A DNA stretch of 42,362 bases. Origin: a virus. Lineage: Duplodnaviria > Caudoviricetes. Made by a program: the position numbers and the translations under genes. How positions within the stretch are numbered: position 1 is the stretch's first letter; each line of letters begins with the position of its first letter. Under the pieces are notes generated by a model. That model had not been told where the DNA came from. It ran no database searches and was given only the letters and a program-made list of their open reading frames with translations. The stretch is from positions 1 through 42,362 of IMG/VR virus record IMGVR_UViG_3300020398_000002. One strand, written 5' to 3'. Shown here piece after piece: positions 1 through 8,870 of the stretch.

Positions 1-77
1 GGAGTATTGCCTAAATCAATTCTAAGAGTATTTTGTTTCTCATCTGTAAAATAAGGTAAGTCCATAGGAGCTTCATA
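1..77. repeat. Terminal direct repeat (copy 1); circular assembly overlap
   Basis: GGAGTATTGCC...GGAGCTTCATA at 1-77 is identical to 42286-42362; 77 nt is a typical assembler k-mer. Confidence 0.95.
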
Positions 78-776
78 ATAACCTGAGTCACCATTAGCAA
101 ATGATTTTTCCGCTAACAGAGTCTCATTTACTATAACTCCAGTTCCTGCGGTTGATCCAACTGCTAATAAAGAAATTGCCATCTGTGGACTTAGCCCGAA
201 AGCACGAAGTAATGTATAGGGAGATTTGGCAATATTAAAAATTGTTTTCCATTTTTGGGATTCTGAATTTAGATACTCAATCTTTGCGAGGATCCAATTT
301 CTCCATATAACTATCTTCTTATAAGCATGAATTGGTAATCTAACAACTGCCATAGGAGTAGCTTTAATTTTCTTACCCCATGTTTTAAAACTATGTATAT
401 GGAGTAGAAATCCCATGAGAATTAATATGATTGATCCAACTAACGTAGGAATAAGATTGAGATTAAAGAAACCTACTATATCTTGAACTAGAACTGTATT
501 TACATTAAGCCAAGCTCCAGTCCAGAATATATTCTCTAATTTAAATGGCAGGATAGGAGTAATCCATTTTGTAGGATCAATATAACTAATAAATAAACCT
601 ACGCCACCAGTTATAATAAAGAGAGTAGTAAGAATGTTTTTAAAGATCATTCCAACTATCCTAAAAGGAAATGATATGTGAACTGTTGGAAGGGTGACCT
701 GTGGCATCCTTATATTAACTCTTGGCATAACAAAACACTTTTTAGCAACCTGCTTTACCTTGTTAACAAATCTCAT
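1..776 (-). CDS. N-terminal half of an origin-spanning ~457 aa membrane protein (continues at 42350-41688)
   Basis: ATG at 776; manual translation is open (MRFVNKVKQ...YYEAPMDLPYF) and in frame with the 41688..42350 ORF through the 77-nt overlap; contains 2-3 hydrophobic segments. Confidence 0.85.
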   Translation of the reverse strand, partial: MRFVNKVKQVAKKCFVMPRVNIRMPQVTLPTVHISFPFRIVGMIFKNILTTLFIITGGVGLFISYIDPTKWITPILPFKLENIFWTGAWLNVNTVLVQDIVGFFNLNLIPTLVGSIILILMGFLLHIHSFKTWGKKIKATPMAVVRLPIHAYKKIVIWRNWILAKIEYLNSESQKWKTIFNIAKSPYTLLRAFGLSPQMAISLLAVGSTAGTGVIVNETLLAEKSFANGDSGYYEAPMDLPYFTDEKQNTLRIDLGNT

Positions 777-781
777 GTTTA

Positions 782-1369
782 CTATTCTCCATAGTTACCA
801 TATTTTCTGGTATCACCATACCCTTCAGCACCTAAATTTTTAAGAGCATCATTAATGCCCATATGATCTGACATGATAGTTCGCATTTCATTTTCTGCAA
901 CAGCTATAATTCTTTCAGCCTCATCAAGTCTCCAATCCATATCCTTTATTTCTTGCTTTCGCTCACCCACAGATTCCTTTAAAAGTTGTATCTCAGTATA
1001 GATACCATCTAAGCTAATAGGTTGCTGTATGTTATTAAACTCACTATGGAAATGTGAATCCGAACTTACAATATCGTATTCAGGATGGAAGTGTTGCTGT
1101 TGATCGTGAAAGTGTTCTGGGGCTTGGGGGTTATCAGTAACCTGACGTATCTTCTCATTTATATCCCATAAACTAGATTCAAGGTTTTGAACATTTGTTT
1201 CTAACACAGCAATAGAAGTATCAGTCATAGACATTTGCATATCAGCAACCACATGATCCAGATTAGTGACCGTACTGTCTAGTTGAGCGACATACCAAAT
1301 GATTCCAAACGCTTGGGCAATTATGGCTATAACAATGCCTATGGATACCTTCATATTTTTAATATCCAC
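782..1369 (-). CDS. N-terminally membrane-anchored coiled-coil protein with HFH repeats
   Basis: 195 aa; hydrophobic VSIGIVIAIIAQAFGIIWYV, heptad-like region, three HFH motifs; first gene of the late arm. Confidence 0.7.
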   Translation of the reverse strand: MDIKNMKVSIGIVIAIIAQAFGIIWYVAQLDSTVTNLDHVVADMQMSMTDTSIAVLETNVQNLESSLWDINEKIRQVTDNPQAPEHFHDQQQHFHPEYDIVSSDSHFHSEFNNIQQPISLDGIYTEIQLLKESVGERKQEIKDMDWRLDEAERIIAVAENEMRTIMSDHMGINDALKNLGAEGYGDTRKYGNYGE

Positions 1370-1430
1370 TATATTCTCATACCTTGTTGCAATCTGAATT
1401 CATTCTGAAACTATTCTATCACGATACTTA

Positions 1431-1459
1431 TTGACTTAATTATATATAGTTAGTATCTT
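1431..1459 (+). promoter_or_regulatory. Possible sigma70-type early promoter in the divergent intergenic region
   Basis: TTGACT-17 nt-TATCTT upstream of the first + strand gene. Confidence 0.4.
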
Positions 1460-1585
1460 GTTGCATTCGGTTTATAGTATGTACTTTTTTGATGCTTCCC
1501 TTATATTAAAAAAAAAAATGCCAATAGAATCTATAATAGATTCATGCCGTGCAACAAATCGAAACAGAGAAAGGGAGAAAAGGAA

Positions 1586-2185
1586 ATGACAAAAGAAATC
1601 CAAACAGAAGTTGTAGAGAAGTTTTATATTAAGGATGGACAAGTCAATCCAACCATTGGATTAAAGGATTACGAAAGTATTCCAGACTTCTTAAAATCTA
1701 TGGTCGTTGCGAAAGTAACAATAGTTAATGGTAAAACAACTTTAACTAACCATGATGGGTCGATCATGAATAAGGATCAAGGAAATGTAGCAAGGAAACA
1801 TTTTAATTCCTTGGTTCAGTCTGAGTATGCAAAGAATAGAGACGATCAATTTATTCTTGACACGATAGAAAAGACAGACCTCTTGATTGAAATGGTTAAA
1901 GATAATCCCGATATGGTCAAGTTGATAAACGAAATATTTACAGCCTCAGGAAACAATGATCAACAGATACACACAATAAAATTAATGGGCGCAGTTCATA
2001 AAGAAAGTAAAAGGTTGGAACTTGCTACTAATAATTTAGACGATGAATGGGAACATAGGAACAATGAAAATTTCCCACTAGGCAAAGTCTTTGCAACAAA
2101 GAAAAAGTCTGGTAAAGCCTATAATCCTTATTCAGAAATTCAGGCAGAACTTGAAATTCAATTTCCAGAATTATATATAAAATAA
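1586..2185 (+). CDS. Hypothetical early protein
   Basis: ORF 1544..2185; start more likely ATG 1586 behind the GGGAGAAAAGGA SD. Confidence 0.75.
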   Translation: MTKEIQTEVVEKFYIKDGQVNPTIGLKDYESIPDFLKSMVVAKVTIVNGKTTLTNHDGSIMNKDQGNVARKHFNSLVQSEYAKNRDDQFILDTIEKTDLLIEMVKDNPDMVKLINEIFTASGNNDQQIHTIKLMGAVHKESKRLELATNNLDDEWEHRNNENFPLGKVFATKKKSGKAYNPYSEIQAELEIQFPELYIK

Positions 2186-2200
2186 TAATAAATAAATAAA

Positions 2201-2229
2201 AAAGTCCTGAGCATGACTTTAAACTGCTC
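2201..2229 (+). ncRNA. H-type pseudoknot motif, copy 1
   Basis: AAAGTC-CTGAGCAT-GACTTT-AAAC-TGCTC: stem 1 AAAGTC/GACTTT; loop GAGCA pairs with downstream TGCTC. Confidence 0.5.
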
Positions 2230-2258
2230 TCAGGAAAAAACTTGATTTTATTTCTAAA

Positions 2259-2301
2259 AATTTATTTTTTATTTTTTTTATTTTTATTTTTTTTTATTTT
2301 T
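2259..2301. repeat. Low-complexity (TnA) poly-T tract
   Basis: About 40 nt of T runs interrupted by single A; 100% AT. Confidence 0.8.
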
Positions 2302-2306
2302 AAAAA

Positions 2307-2347
2307 TTTTCCTCCAAGGAACCTAAATAAATATTCGTCAGCCGCAA
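2307..2347 (+). promoter_or_regulatory. Repeated early-region motif, copy 1
   Basis: TTTTCCT-CCA-AGGAACCTAAATAAATATTCGTCAGCCGCAA; similar to 4077-4119. Confidence 0.5.
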
Positions 2348-2443
2348 AATAATTATGAAAATTAGAAAATATATAAATCCTTATGAGCCCTTCCAAATAA
2401 AAAATATTAACTCGATGGGCGATATTTACAGATTATATATTCT

Positions 2444-2473
2444 TGATCCTGAGTACGATTACTTAAACTGCTC
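2444..2473 (+). ncRNA. H-type pseudoknot motif, copy 2
   Basis: TGATC-CTGAGTAC-GATTA-CTTAAAC-TGCTC; stem 1 differs from copy 1 but still pairs; stem 2 GAGTA/TGCTC with a G-U pair. Confidence 0.45.
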
Positions 2474-2509
2474 GTTTCAATTGACAATTAAAATTATAGG
2501 AACAAGAAA

Positions 2510-2626
2510 ATGTGCATAAATTGCAACATATCTTTAGAAGAAAATACACATTGTCCTTATTGTTTTGCTTGTAATTTTTGTGAAAATGTTTGTAGTAATC
2601 AGTATTGTGAAGAAGAAAATATCTAG
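2510..2626 (+). CDS. Small Cys-rich (Zn-binding) peptide, 38 aa
   Basis: MCINCNISLEENTHCPYCFACNFCENVCSNQYCEEENI; three CxxC motifs; below the ORF-track cutoff. Confidence 0.45.
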   Translation: MCINCNISLEENTHCPYCFACNFCENVCSNQYCEEENI

Positions 2627-2643
2627 GGAAAAAGGGAGAAAAA

Positions 2644-3651
2644 ATGTCACAAGAAAATATTAATAGTTTATGGAAGGAAGAGCAGGAATTTACACAATCT
2701 AGTATTACTAGAAGATTAAAAGAAGATTGTGATATTCCTAGTGATTTAGATATTGCAAAAGAAATCTCTAGTAAAACTTTTGGAAAAGAATTTACTTTTA
2801 AACATTTATTTGTTAATGGTGAAAGTTGGACATTTAATGGTTTAACTAAAGATGAAAGAGAAAAGATAAATAATTTAAGTAGAGCGCATAAGTTAGATTT
2901 ATTTTGTAAATTATTTGGACAAAAGAATTATGTTAGTGGTTTAGCCACAGATGAATTAGGTTTACCACATGAAAAAGAATTAACACATAAATTTTCTATT
3001 CCATTTGATAGTTCTATTTTTCTAGAATATAAAAATCAATTACAAATAAACGATCCAAATATACAAAATAAATTTGATACTCAAAGTAAATGGGATAATC
3101 CTCAAAGTTATTCTCAATATTATTCAAGAGCATATCTAGATGATATTGAAATAGTTTGGAATTTTATTTATCAGAAAAAAACTACTAGAGGATATCTTAA
3201 TCCTGATAAGCAACTTCTTTTAGGTTTGGTTCAATATTTAATTAATAGATTACAAAAATTAATAAATGATGATCAGGAATTTAATAGGAAGAATAAATTT
3301 AACTTTCTTCATCCAGAGTTTAAAGATAATTTATTTTATTTAACAATTGCAAAAGGTATTTTTAATACATTATTTCAACAACATCATACTTATTATAGAA
3401 AATTCCTTACTAAATCTCAGGTTGAAGATTTATTTTTTAAATATAAATGGACTGAAGTTAATACAGATTTAGGAATCTCAGAAATAAGTTGGTTGATTAA
3501 ACAATTAAATGATTCAACTAATAAGAAAATATTAAATCCAGATGAAATTCTCAGGCCATATAACAAATATAAAGAAGAAACAGAAAAGATAAATACAACA
3601 TTAAACGTAATAGAACTTGCAGTAAAGAAAGAATTTTTCAACGTTAAATAA
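2644..3651 (+). CDS. Hypothetical early protein
   Basis: 335 aa ORF with GGGAG SD; no motif recognised. Confidence 0.8.
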   Translation: MSQENINSLWKEEQEFTQSSITRRLKEDCDIPSDLDIAKEISSKTFGKEFTFKHLFVNGESWTFNGLTKDEREKINNLSRAHKLDLFCKLFGQKNYVSGLATDELGLPHEKELTHKFSIPFDSSIFLEYKNQLQINDPNIQNKFDTQSKWDNPQSYSQYYSRAYLDDIEIVWNFIYQKKTTRGYLNPDKQLLLGLVQYLINRLQKLINDDQEFNRKNKFNFLHPEFKDNLFYLTIAKGIFNTLFQQHHTYYRKFLTKSQVEDLFFKYKWTEVNTDLGISEISWLIKQLNDSTNKKILNPDEILRPYNKYKEETEKINTTLNVIELAVKKEFFNVK

Positions 3652-3674
3652 TTAATCAGAAGGGAAATAAAATA

Positions 3675-4004
3675 ATGACAAATCCACAGAAAAAAATAAA
3701 TCATAAAGATTCTTTAGAAGTTCAAACTAAAAATGCTATATATAACGTTATTAGTGACAAACTTAATCTAGCAGAAAAATTGCAAGAAATTAAAGATGAA
3801 ATAGCTGAATGCAGATCAAGTATTGAAACTTATAATAATAATTTAGAAGATCAAGAAAGTCTTCTTATTGAGTTAATCGATGAAATTAATTCAACTGATT
3901 CTCCGAGATTATTAATAAATGGAAAACTCATGGAAGTGAGAATTGATATTAAAGAAATAACTCTTGATGAATATGACGAATATATTGTGAAGAATAATCT
4001 GTAA
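3675..4004 (+). CDS. Hypothetical acidic coiled-coil protein
   Basis: 109 aa ORF, AGGGA SD. Confidence 0.75.
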   Translation: MTNPQKKINHKDSLEVQTKNAIYNVISDKLNLAEKLQEIKDEIAECRSSIETYNNNLEDQESLLIELIDEINSTDSPRLLINGKLMEVRIDIKEITLDEYDEYIVKNNL

Positions 4005-4039
4005 ATCTTTGAGATCATTAAATAAAAATGTTTAAAAAT

Positions 4040-4080
4040 AAAATCTTGAGGTTAAAAAATAAATTAATCTCAAGATTTTT
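4040..4080 (+). terminator. Intrinsic terminator-like hairpin
   Basis: AAAATCTTGAGGTTAA...TTAATCTCAAGATTTT inverted repeat ending in a T run. Confidence 0.6.
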
Positions 4081-4119
4081 CCTTAAACAGGAACTAAAAA
4101 ATAAATTCGTCAGGCGTAA
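4077..4119 (+). promoter_or_regulatory. Repeated early-region motif, copy 2
   Basis: TTTTCCT-TAAAC-AGGAACTAAAAAATAAATTCGTCAGGCGTAA; similar to 2307-2347. Confidence 0.5.
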
Positions 4120-4173
4120 TTTTTTAGTTATCTAGGAAAAAATATCTAGGATAATTCTCTAGGGAGAAATAAA

Positions 4174-5067
4174 ATGTCATATGAACCAAAAAACTTAGAA
4201 TTATGGAAAATGCCACCAGATTATTTTGGTGAACACTTTGAAGATCATTATGTGGTTTACTCTAGGACTCGTGATTCGGATTTACTTAATATTAGTAATT
4301 TTGAATTTATTCAGAATGAATTAGAAGAACTTCAAGAAAGTTTAGCTAATAAAAGAATTTGGCAATGTTACACAATTCAACATGCAAGCCATTGGGCTGT
4401 TGGTTGGGTAGAAATAATTTATGTTCATAAAAACTCAACAGAAATATTAATTAAAGCTGATGAAATCATAGGCAACTTGGATGATTATCCTGTATTAGAT
4501 GAAGAAGATTATTCTAATAGGCAAATAGAAGAATTTGAAAGTAATCTTGAAAGTGAAGTAAAAGATTTTATTTATGATCATCATGAAGAAATAGATTTTA
4601 GAAATTCTAATTATTTTATTGATGAAGCAATGGATGATCATACACAAGAATTATTAAGCGATATCTCTAGCTATATTTCAGAAGATTTAGGACATGGCGT
4701 TGGATATGACTCTGAGAATTATCCAGATGAAATAGATATTCTTTTAGCTTTTAAATTTATAGGAATATTTAGAAATCTATATGTTTTAGTTTTAGAAGCT
4801 GAGAAATCATGTAAATCTAGGGGACATAATTTATCTGATTGGACTGAAGTTCCATCAGATTATTTTTATAGAAAAGATAATCCAGAATTATTTAATACAG
4901 AAAATCTAGCATTAGTAGAAGATAAATATGAACAAGAGGGAATAGAAATTAAACAATCCTTTTCTCATTGTTTATCTTGTAATAAAGAAGTTCAAATAAT
5001 TATTAAGCCTATGCCAAATGAAATAGATATAAGCGGACAGGCTGTAGCTTTAGAGTGTGTAAGTTAA
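4174..5067 (+). CDS. Highly acidic early phage protein with C-terminal Cys/His domain
   Basis: 297 aa; HWAVGWVE and DYPVLDEED motifs; C-terminal SCKSRGH...CLSC...C. Confidence 0.8.
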   Translation: MSYEPKNLELWKMPPDYFGEHFEDHYVVYSRTRDSDLLNISNFEFIQNELEELQESLANKRIWQCYTIQHASHWAVGWVEIIYVHKNSTEILIKADEIIGNLDDYPVLDEEDYSNRQIEEFESNLESEVKDFIYDHHEEIDFRNSNYFIDEAMDDHTQELLSDISSYISEDLGHGVGYDSENYPDEIDILLAFKFIGIFRNLYVLVLEAEKSCKSRGHNLSDWTEVPSDYFYRKDNPELFNTENLALVEDKYEQEGIEIKQSFSHCLSCNKEVQIIIKPMPNEIDISGQAVALECVS

Positions 5068-5085
5068 TTTAAAAGGAGAAAAATA

Positions 5086-5325
5086 ATGTCACATTTTTAT
5101 GGTGTATTAAGAAATAGTGTTAATCAGGATAAAACTTTAAGGGGTTTTAAAACACATGGATTTGATGGAACTCTAGCATCTTGGAATGGTGCAATAGGTG
5201 TAAGAGTTTATCAAAATTCAGACGGCAAAGATTGTTTTAGGATTTGGCAAACATCTTGGCATGGCAATGGAATTAATGAAGAAATTGCATCTGGTGTAAT
5301 TGGAGAAAAAATTAATGGCGAATAA
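5086..5325 (+). CDS. Hypothetical phage early protein
   Basis: 79 aa, AGGAG SD, MSHFYG...ASWNGAI. Confidence 0.75.
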   Translation: MSHFYGVLRNSVNQDKTLRGFKTHGFDGTLASWNGAIGVRVYQNSDGKDCFRIWQTSWHGNGINEEIASGVIGEKINGE

Positions 5326-5500
5326 CTATAAATGTTCTAGTTGTAAAAAAGTATATGAAAAGAAATGTGTTGATTTAAAGTGTAAAGACTTTAAAGGATT
5401 AGATCCTAATAACATTAGATCAGAGCATTACCATTGCATTAATTGCAATAAAGGTGGTTCTCTTTTTCCTAATGAATTAATTGACTTTTTCTCAATCTAA
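5300..5500 (+). CDS. Small Zn-finger-like protein
   Basis: CSSC and CINC motifs; start may be ATG 5315. Confidence 0.6.
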   Translation: MEKKLMANNYKCSSCKKVYEKKCVDLKCKDFKGLDPNNIRSEHYHCINCNKGGSLFPNELIDFFSI

Positions 5501-5891
5501 GAAGGAAATCAAAATGAATAAAAATATTTTAAATCCAAACAATCATTATCATCTTTTTGCAGGTGATCGTGGTTATATTCCAATATATTCAGAAACTCAT
5601 AAAGAATTTTCTAGTGCTACAGAATCTTTAAAAGATTATGTGGAATTGGCAATAGATGAAATGGAAATAGATGAATCACATCCTCTAGCAAAATCTAAAT
5701 TTTGGATAGATCAGGGTTACGCATCTAATTCAATTCTAGGATGCCAAATAGATAAACAAATAAATGGTAATGGATATGATGAAGAAATCTTTGAGGTAGA
5801 GTTTAATAGAGAACTTGTTTCTATTGATTATGCTCAAGTTGAAAACTGTGTTGAGGATAATTGTTTAGAGGATGAATTCCTTCCTTTTTAA
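5481..5891 (+). CDS. Hypothetical acidic protein
   Basis: ORF; likely start MNKNIL at 5514 behind AAGGA. Confidence 0.7.
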   Translation: MTFSQSKKEIKMNKNILNPNNHYHLFAGDRGYIPIYSETHKEFSSATESLKDYVELAIDEMEIDESHPLAKSKFWIDQGYASNSILGCQIDKQINGNGYDEEIFEVEFNRELVSIDYAQVENCVEDNCLEDEFLPF

Positions 5892-6042
5892 ATAGATTAA
5901 TTGGACAAATTAGATAGTCATAGTTAAGGGTTTTAATTGACATTTTCCCATTTCCGCTTTGACTTCTCGCAAGATTTGCCATGTGGCTAAACGTGAAAGC
6001 CACACAATTATAAATCATTTAAATGGGGAAGGAATATAAAAA

Positions 6043-6477
6043 TTGGATAAACAGGTTTTAATACGAATTGGGAAAGAAGGTGCGGAACATAATTTTCATA
6101 ACATTGCTAATTATTTACCACCAATAATCTTAGTAGTTCATGATGAAAATGAAGATGATCAAATATCTTCTCATTCTATAGATGTTAGTAATGAAAAGAG
6201 TGCAAGAGAAAAAATTAGAAGTATTGTGATTTCAGCAAATGCAGAACGATATGTATTAATTGCGTCAGCCACAATTACTGAATTTATTCATAAAGCAAAA
6301 GAATTAAATAGTATTACAAGTTTAGCTTCAGAAGATTTCGATAATGTTTTAGTAGTTATTTATGTAGAAAATTCTAATGGTTATGAATCTCATATCTCTC
6401 AAGTTTCTAATCTAGGGGCTTGGTATAAAATTGATAACTTATTGTTTATGGATAACGTGATAGCAAGGAGTTGGTAA
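6043..6477 (+). CDS. Hypothetical protein
   Basis: 144 aa, TTG start after GGGGAAGGA. Confidence 0.7.
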   Translation: MDKQVLIRIGKEGAEHNFHNIANYLPPIILVVHDENEDDQISSHSIDVSNEKSAREKIRSIVISANAERYVLIASATITEFIHKAKELNSITSLASEDFDNVLVVIYVENSNGYESHISQVSNLGAWYKIDNLLFMDNVIARSW

Positions 6478-6701
6478 GAATGTCTCCAATAGACGGTCAA
6501 AAAGAATTATTGTTTGATTATATTTATGAACGTATGGATGATCAAGAGATTAGAGAAAGAGTTAGAGAATCAGTATTTAATGAATGGAATAAAGATAATA
6601 ATTTAGTAAAAGATTTATGGGAAACATTACAAGCTGATGATGAATTTAAAAGAGAAAGAATTTATTCAGAAATAGAAAATAGAAAAGAGGAGATTACATG
6701 A
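6471..6701 (+). CDS. Hypothetical protein
   Basis: 76 aa, coupled to neighbours. Confidence 0.65.
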   Translation: MVRMSPIDGQKELLFDYIYERMDDQEIRERVRESVFNEWNKDNNLVKDLWETLQADDEFKRERIYSEIENRKEEIT

Positions 6702-6988
6702 CACTAAATTCAAAAGAAGGTGGACTTAATGAAGTTCAAAAAGTTTTTCATTTAATAGAAGAAACTTTTGTGGGATGGGAAGAAACAATTAGACGTCAGA
6801 CATCAGATGCTAATGATGAGTTTGTAATAACTAGAGGAGATTTTGAACAAATAAATACAGCAATAAAAGCTCTTCCTCATGTTATGCAGATGCTACAAAT
6901 ATTAACAATGGAAGCACATCTAGGTAAAAAATTAGCTGAAGATATTCAAAAGTTAATAAATAAAGAATTAGAAGAGAGAAAGAAATAG
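6698..6988 (+). CDS. Hypothetical protein
   Basis: 96 aa, GAGGAG SD, ATGA overlap. Confidence 0.7.
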   Translation: MTLNSKEGGLNEVQKVFHLIEETFVGWEETIRRQTSDANDEFVITRGDFEQINTAIKALPHVMQMLQILTMEAHLGKKLAEDIQKLINKELEERKK

Positions 6989-7374
6989 TGAAGTATATAG
7001 CAATAAGTAAATTAGTATGTACTGCTATGACTAAGCCTAATAAGTATTCATATACATTATCTAGGATGTGCAAGATTAAGCATGTAAAAGATGTTAGGGA
7101 AGGCAGAGCATTATGTTGGTTACATCTTAAAAAGTTTGATAAAGAAATGTTTGAGATTAAGCGATTATTTAATCAGTTCTTTGAATTAATAATTGCACTA
7201 GAGCCAGAAAATTTTGATAGGACTGGACATGACACATGGGCAGATAAAAGTAATAGAAGGTGGAGAATAAATTCTAAGTGGAAAGACTTAGAGAATGAGG
7301 TAGGTAGAAAAGTATATCAAGAAGAAATTTGGAGTGAATATAACAAGAAAGAAGGAGTAATTAATGTCAGATAA
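6988..7374 (+). CDS. Hypothetical protein
   Basis: 128 aa, stop/start overlap. Confidence 0.65.
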   Translation: MKYIAISKLVCTAMTKPNKYSYTLSRMCKIKHVKDVREGRALCWLHLKKFDKEMFEIKRLFNQFFELIIALEPENFDRTGHDTWADKSNRRWRINSKWKDLENEVGRKVYQEEIWSEYNKKEGVINVR

Positions 7375-7753
7375 AAACTCGAGTTTTTATAATAATGAAT
7401 TTAGTAAAAAAGATTTAGATGAATCTCTAGGAGATGATGAAGTATATCTAGGCTTTAATGGTTCAAAGAAAAAACAAACTCAAGAAGAAATAGTTTTTGA
7501 TAGAGCAAGGTCTACAAGAGGAATGATTCTTATGGCTACAGCTTTACAGTTAACCATTGAAATTATGGAACAACTTCCATCTCCTTATCAGCCAATTTCA
7601 GATGTTGCAGACTATAAAAGTTTTAGAGAATACATTTGGGATTTACCAAATGAGTTCTTAATGACTACTGCTTATCCAGAAGGTTGGGATAAGAAGGTTA
7701 ATTTTCCAGAAACATTATTAACTCAAAATATTTATAGAGGAAAACAAGAATGA
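7364..7753 (+). CDS. Hypothetical protein
   Basis: 129 aa, AAGGAG SD. Confidence 0.7.
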   Translation: MSDKNSSFYNNEFSKKDLDESLGDDEVYLGFNGSKKKQTQEEIVFDRARSTRGMILMATALQLTIEIMEQLPSPYQPISDVADYKSFREYIWDLPNEFLMTTAYPEGWDKKVNFPETLLTQNIYRGKQE

Positions 7754-8277
7754 GTAAAGAGATTAAACATACGATAGATCATAGTCCTGAGAAGATAGGG
7801 ACTAGAGAAGATGGAACAGAATATAAATATATAAACATGCCTCCTGTAGTTTCAACTTTATTTAAGTTTGCTGAGGACTGTGTTAATAGAAGTAGTATTA
7901 AAGATCAAGAAGAAGGAAAGGATTTCATTATAGAAATGCTTAAGCAAGGAGAAAAACTTGCGAGTTGGATGGAAGAAGTAATTTGTAAGAACTGTAGAGA
8001 TGAAGATGATCCTTCTATTCATAATTGCATGGCTGATGAACACTTTTGTGTTTCTAATTGTGATGAAAGAGTTTCAACTTGTATATGTGAATGCAATACA
8101 GAAGAAATCCTACAGATTAAATTAGATAAGCATAGAAAAGAAATCCTACATATTAAAGAGGAAAGTGATATAGAAAGACTTAGCATTTGTTGTGGTGCTG
8201 AAGAACATTCAGATGCTGAAGGGTTCTGTTGTGCATGTAATGAAGCAACACATTTTGAGGAGATGCCTATAGATTAA
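7750..8277 (+). CDS. Cys-rich hypothetical protein
   Basis: 175 aa; CKNC, CICEC and SICCGA...FCCAC motifs. Confidence 0.7.
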   Translation: MSKEIKHTIDHSPEKIGTREDGTEYKYINMPPVVSTLFKFAEDCVNRSSIKDQEEGKDFIIEMLKQGEKLASWMEEVICKNCRDEDDPSIHNCMADEHFCVSNCDERVSTCICECNTEEILQIKLDKHRKEILHIKEESDIERLSICCGAEEHSDAEGFCCACNEATHFEEMPID

Positions 8278-8371
8278 TCACTACTCTACATAAAGTAATA
8301 GAGAGAGAGAAAAAAGAATTAAACTATTACGCTTAAATATTTGTATTAATTTAGAGAGAGAAGGAAAGTAA

Positions 8372-8707
8372 ATGGTTGCTATAAAAGATTTATTAAAGGA
8401 TAAGGATATTCCTTTTGGTGATGGAAAGATTGCTAAAGCAGGAACTCGACTCCATTCATTAATGGTTGGAGATATGGTTAGAGAGTTAGAGGCTAAGCAG
8501 GATGAAGAATGGGAAGAATATCAAAGGGATATTGCCTCTGCTATAAATACAATGACTGATTTAATTGCTGATGAAACTGTTGAGGCTGTAGTTCTAAAGA
8601 AAAAAGATGATGAATTTACAGTTGAACTTGTTGATAATGTGAGAAAAATAGTTATTAAGTCACGAGTTGGAAAACTAAAGACTCAAGATTCTGAAGAGGC
8701 AGAATAA
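8372..8707 (+). CDS. Hypothetical protein
   Basis: 111 aa, AAGGA SD. Confidence 0.75.
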   Translation: MVAIKDLLKDKDIPFGDGKIAKAGTRLHSLMVGDMVRELEAKQDEEWEEYQRDIASAINTMTDLIADETVEAVVLKKKDDEFTVELVDNVRKIVIKSRVGKLKTQDSEEAE

Positions 8708-8719
8708 TCACTTTACTGG

Positions 8720-8759
8720 AAAGAGGAGATTTATTAAAACATTTCTCCTCTTTTCTTTT
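8720..8759 (+). terminator. Intrinsic terminator ending the early block
   Basis: AAGAGGAGA...TCTCCTCTT stem followed by TTCTTTT. Confidence 0.7.
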
Positions 8760-8820
8760 ACAAAAAATCCATGAAGAAAAATTCATGAATTAATCGGCAT
8801 AAAAATTACTCTAGGAACGG

Positions 8821-8850
8821 TTGACAAGTGAAACCGCTATGAGATATAAT
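8821..8850 (+). promoter_or_regulatory. Sigma70-type promoter for the replication/recombination operon
   Basis: Perfect TTGACA (8821) - 18 nt - TATAAT (8845) just upstream of ruvB. Confidence 0.75.
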
Positions 8851-8870
8851 TCTAGTCCGATGGAGTCAGG

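Noticed and set aside
1-77. Biological terminal repeat
   Set aside because: Exactly 77 nt and inside a CDS, consistent with assembler k-mer overlap
2356-2520. 54-aa ORF overlapping pseudoknot copy 2
   Set aside because: No clear SD and no motif; cannot be supported, though not excluded
5892-6042. tRNA gene
   Set aside because: No cloverleaf, TTCGA T-loop or acceptor stem found here or in the other gaps
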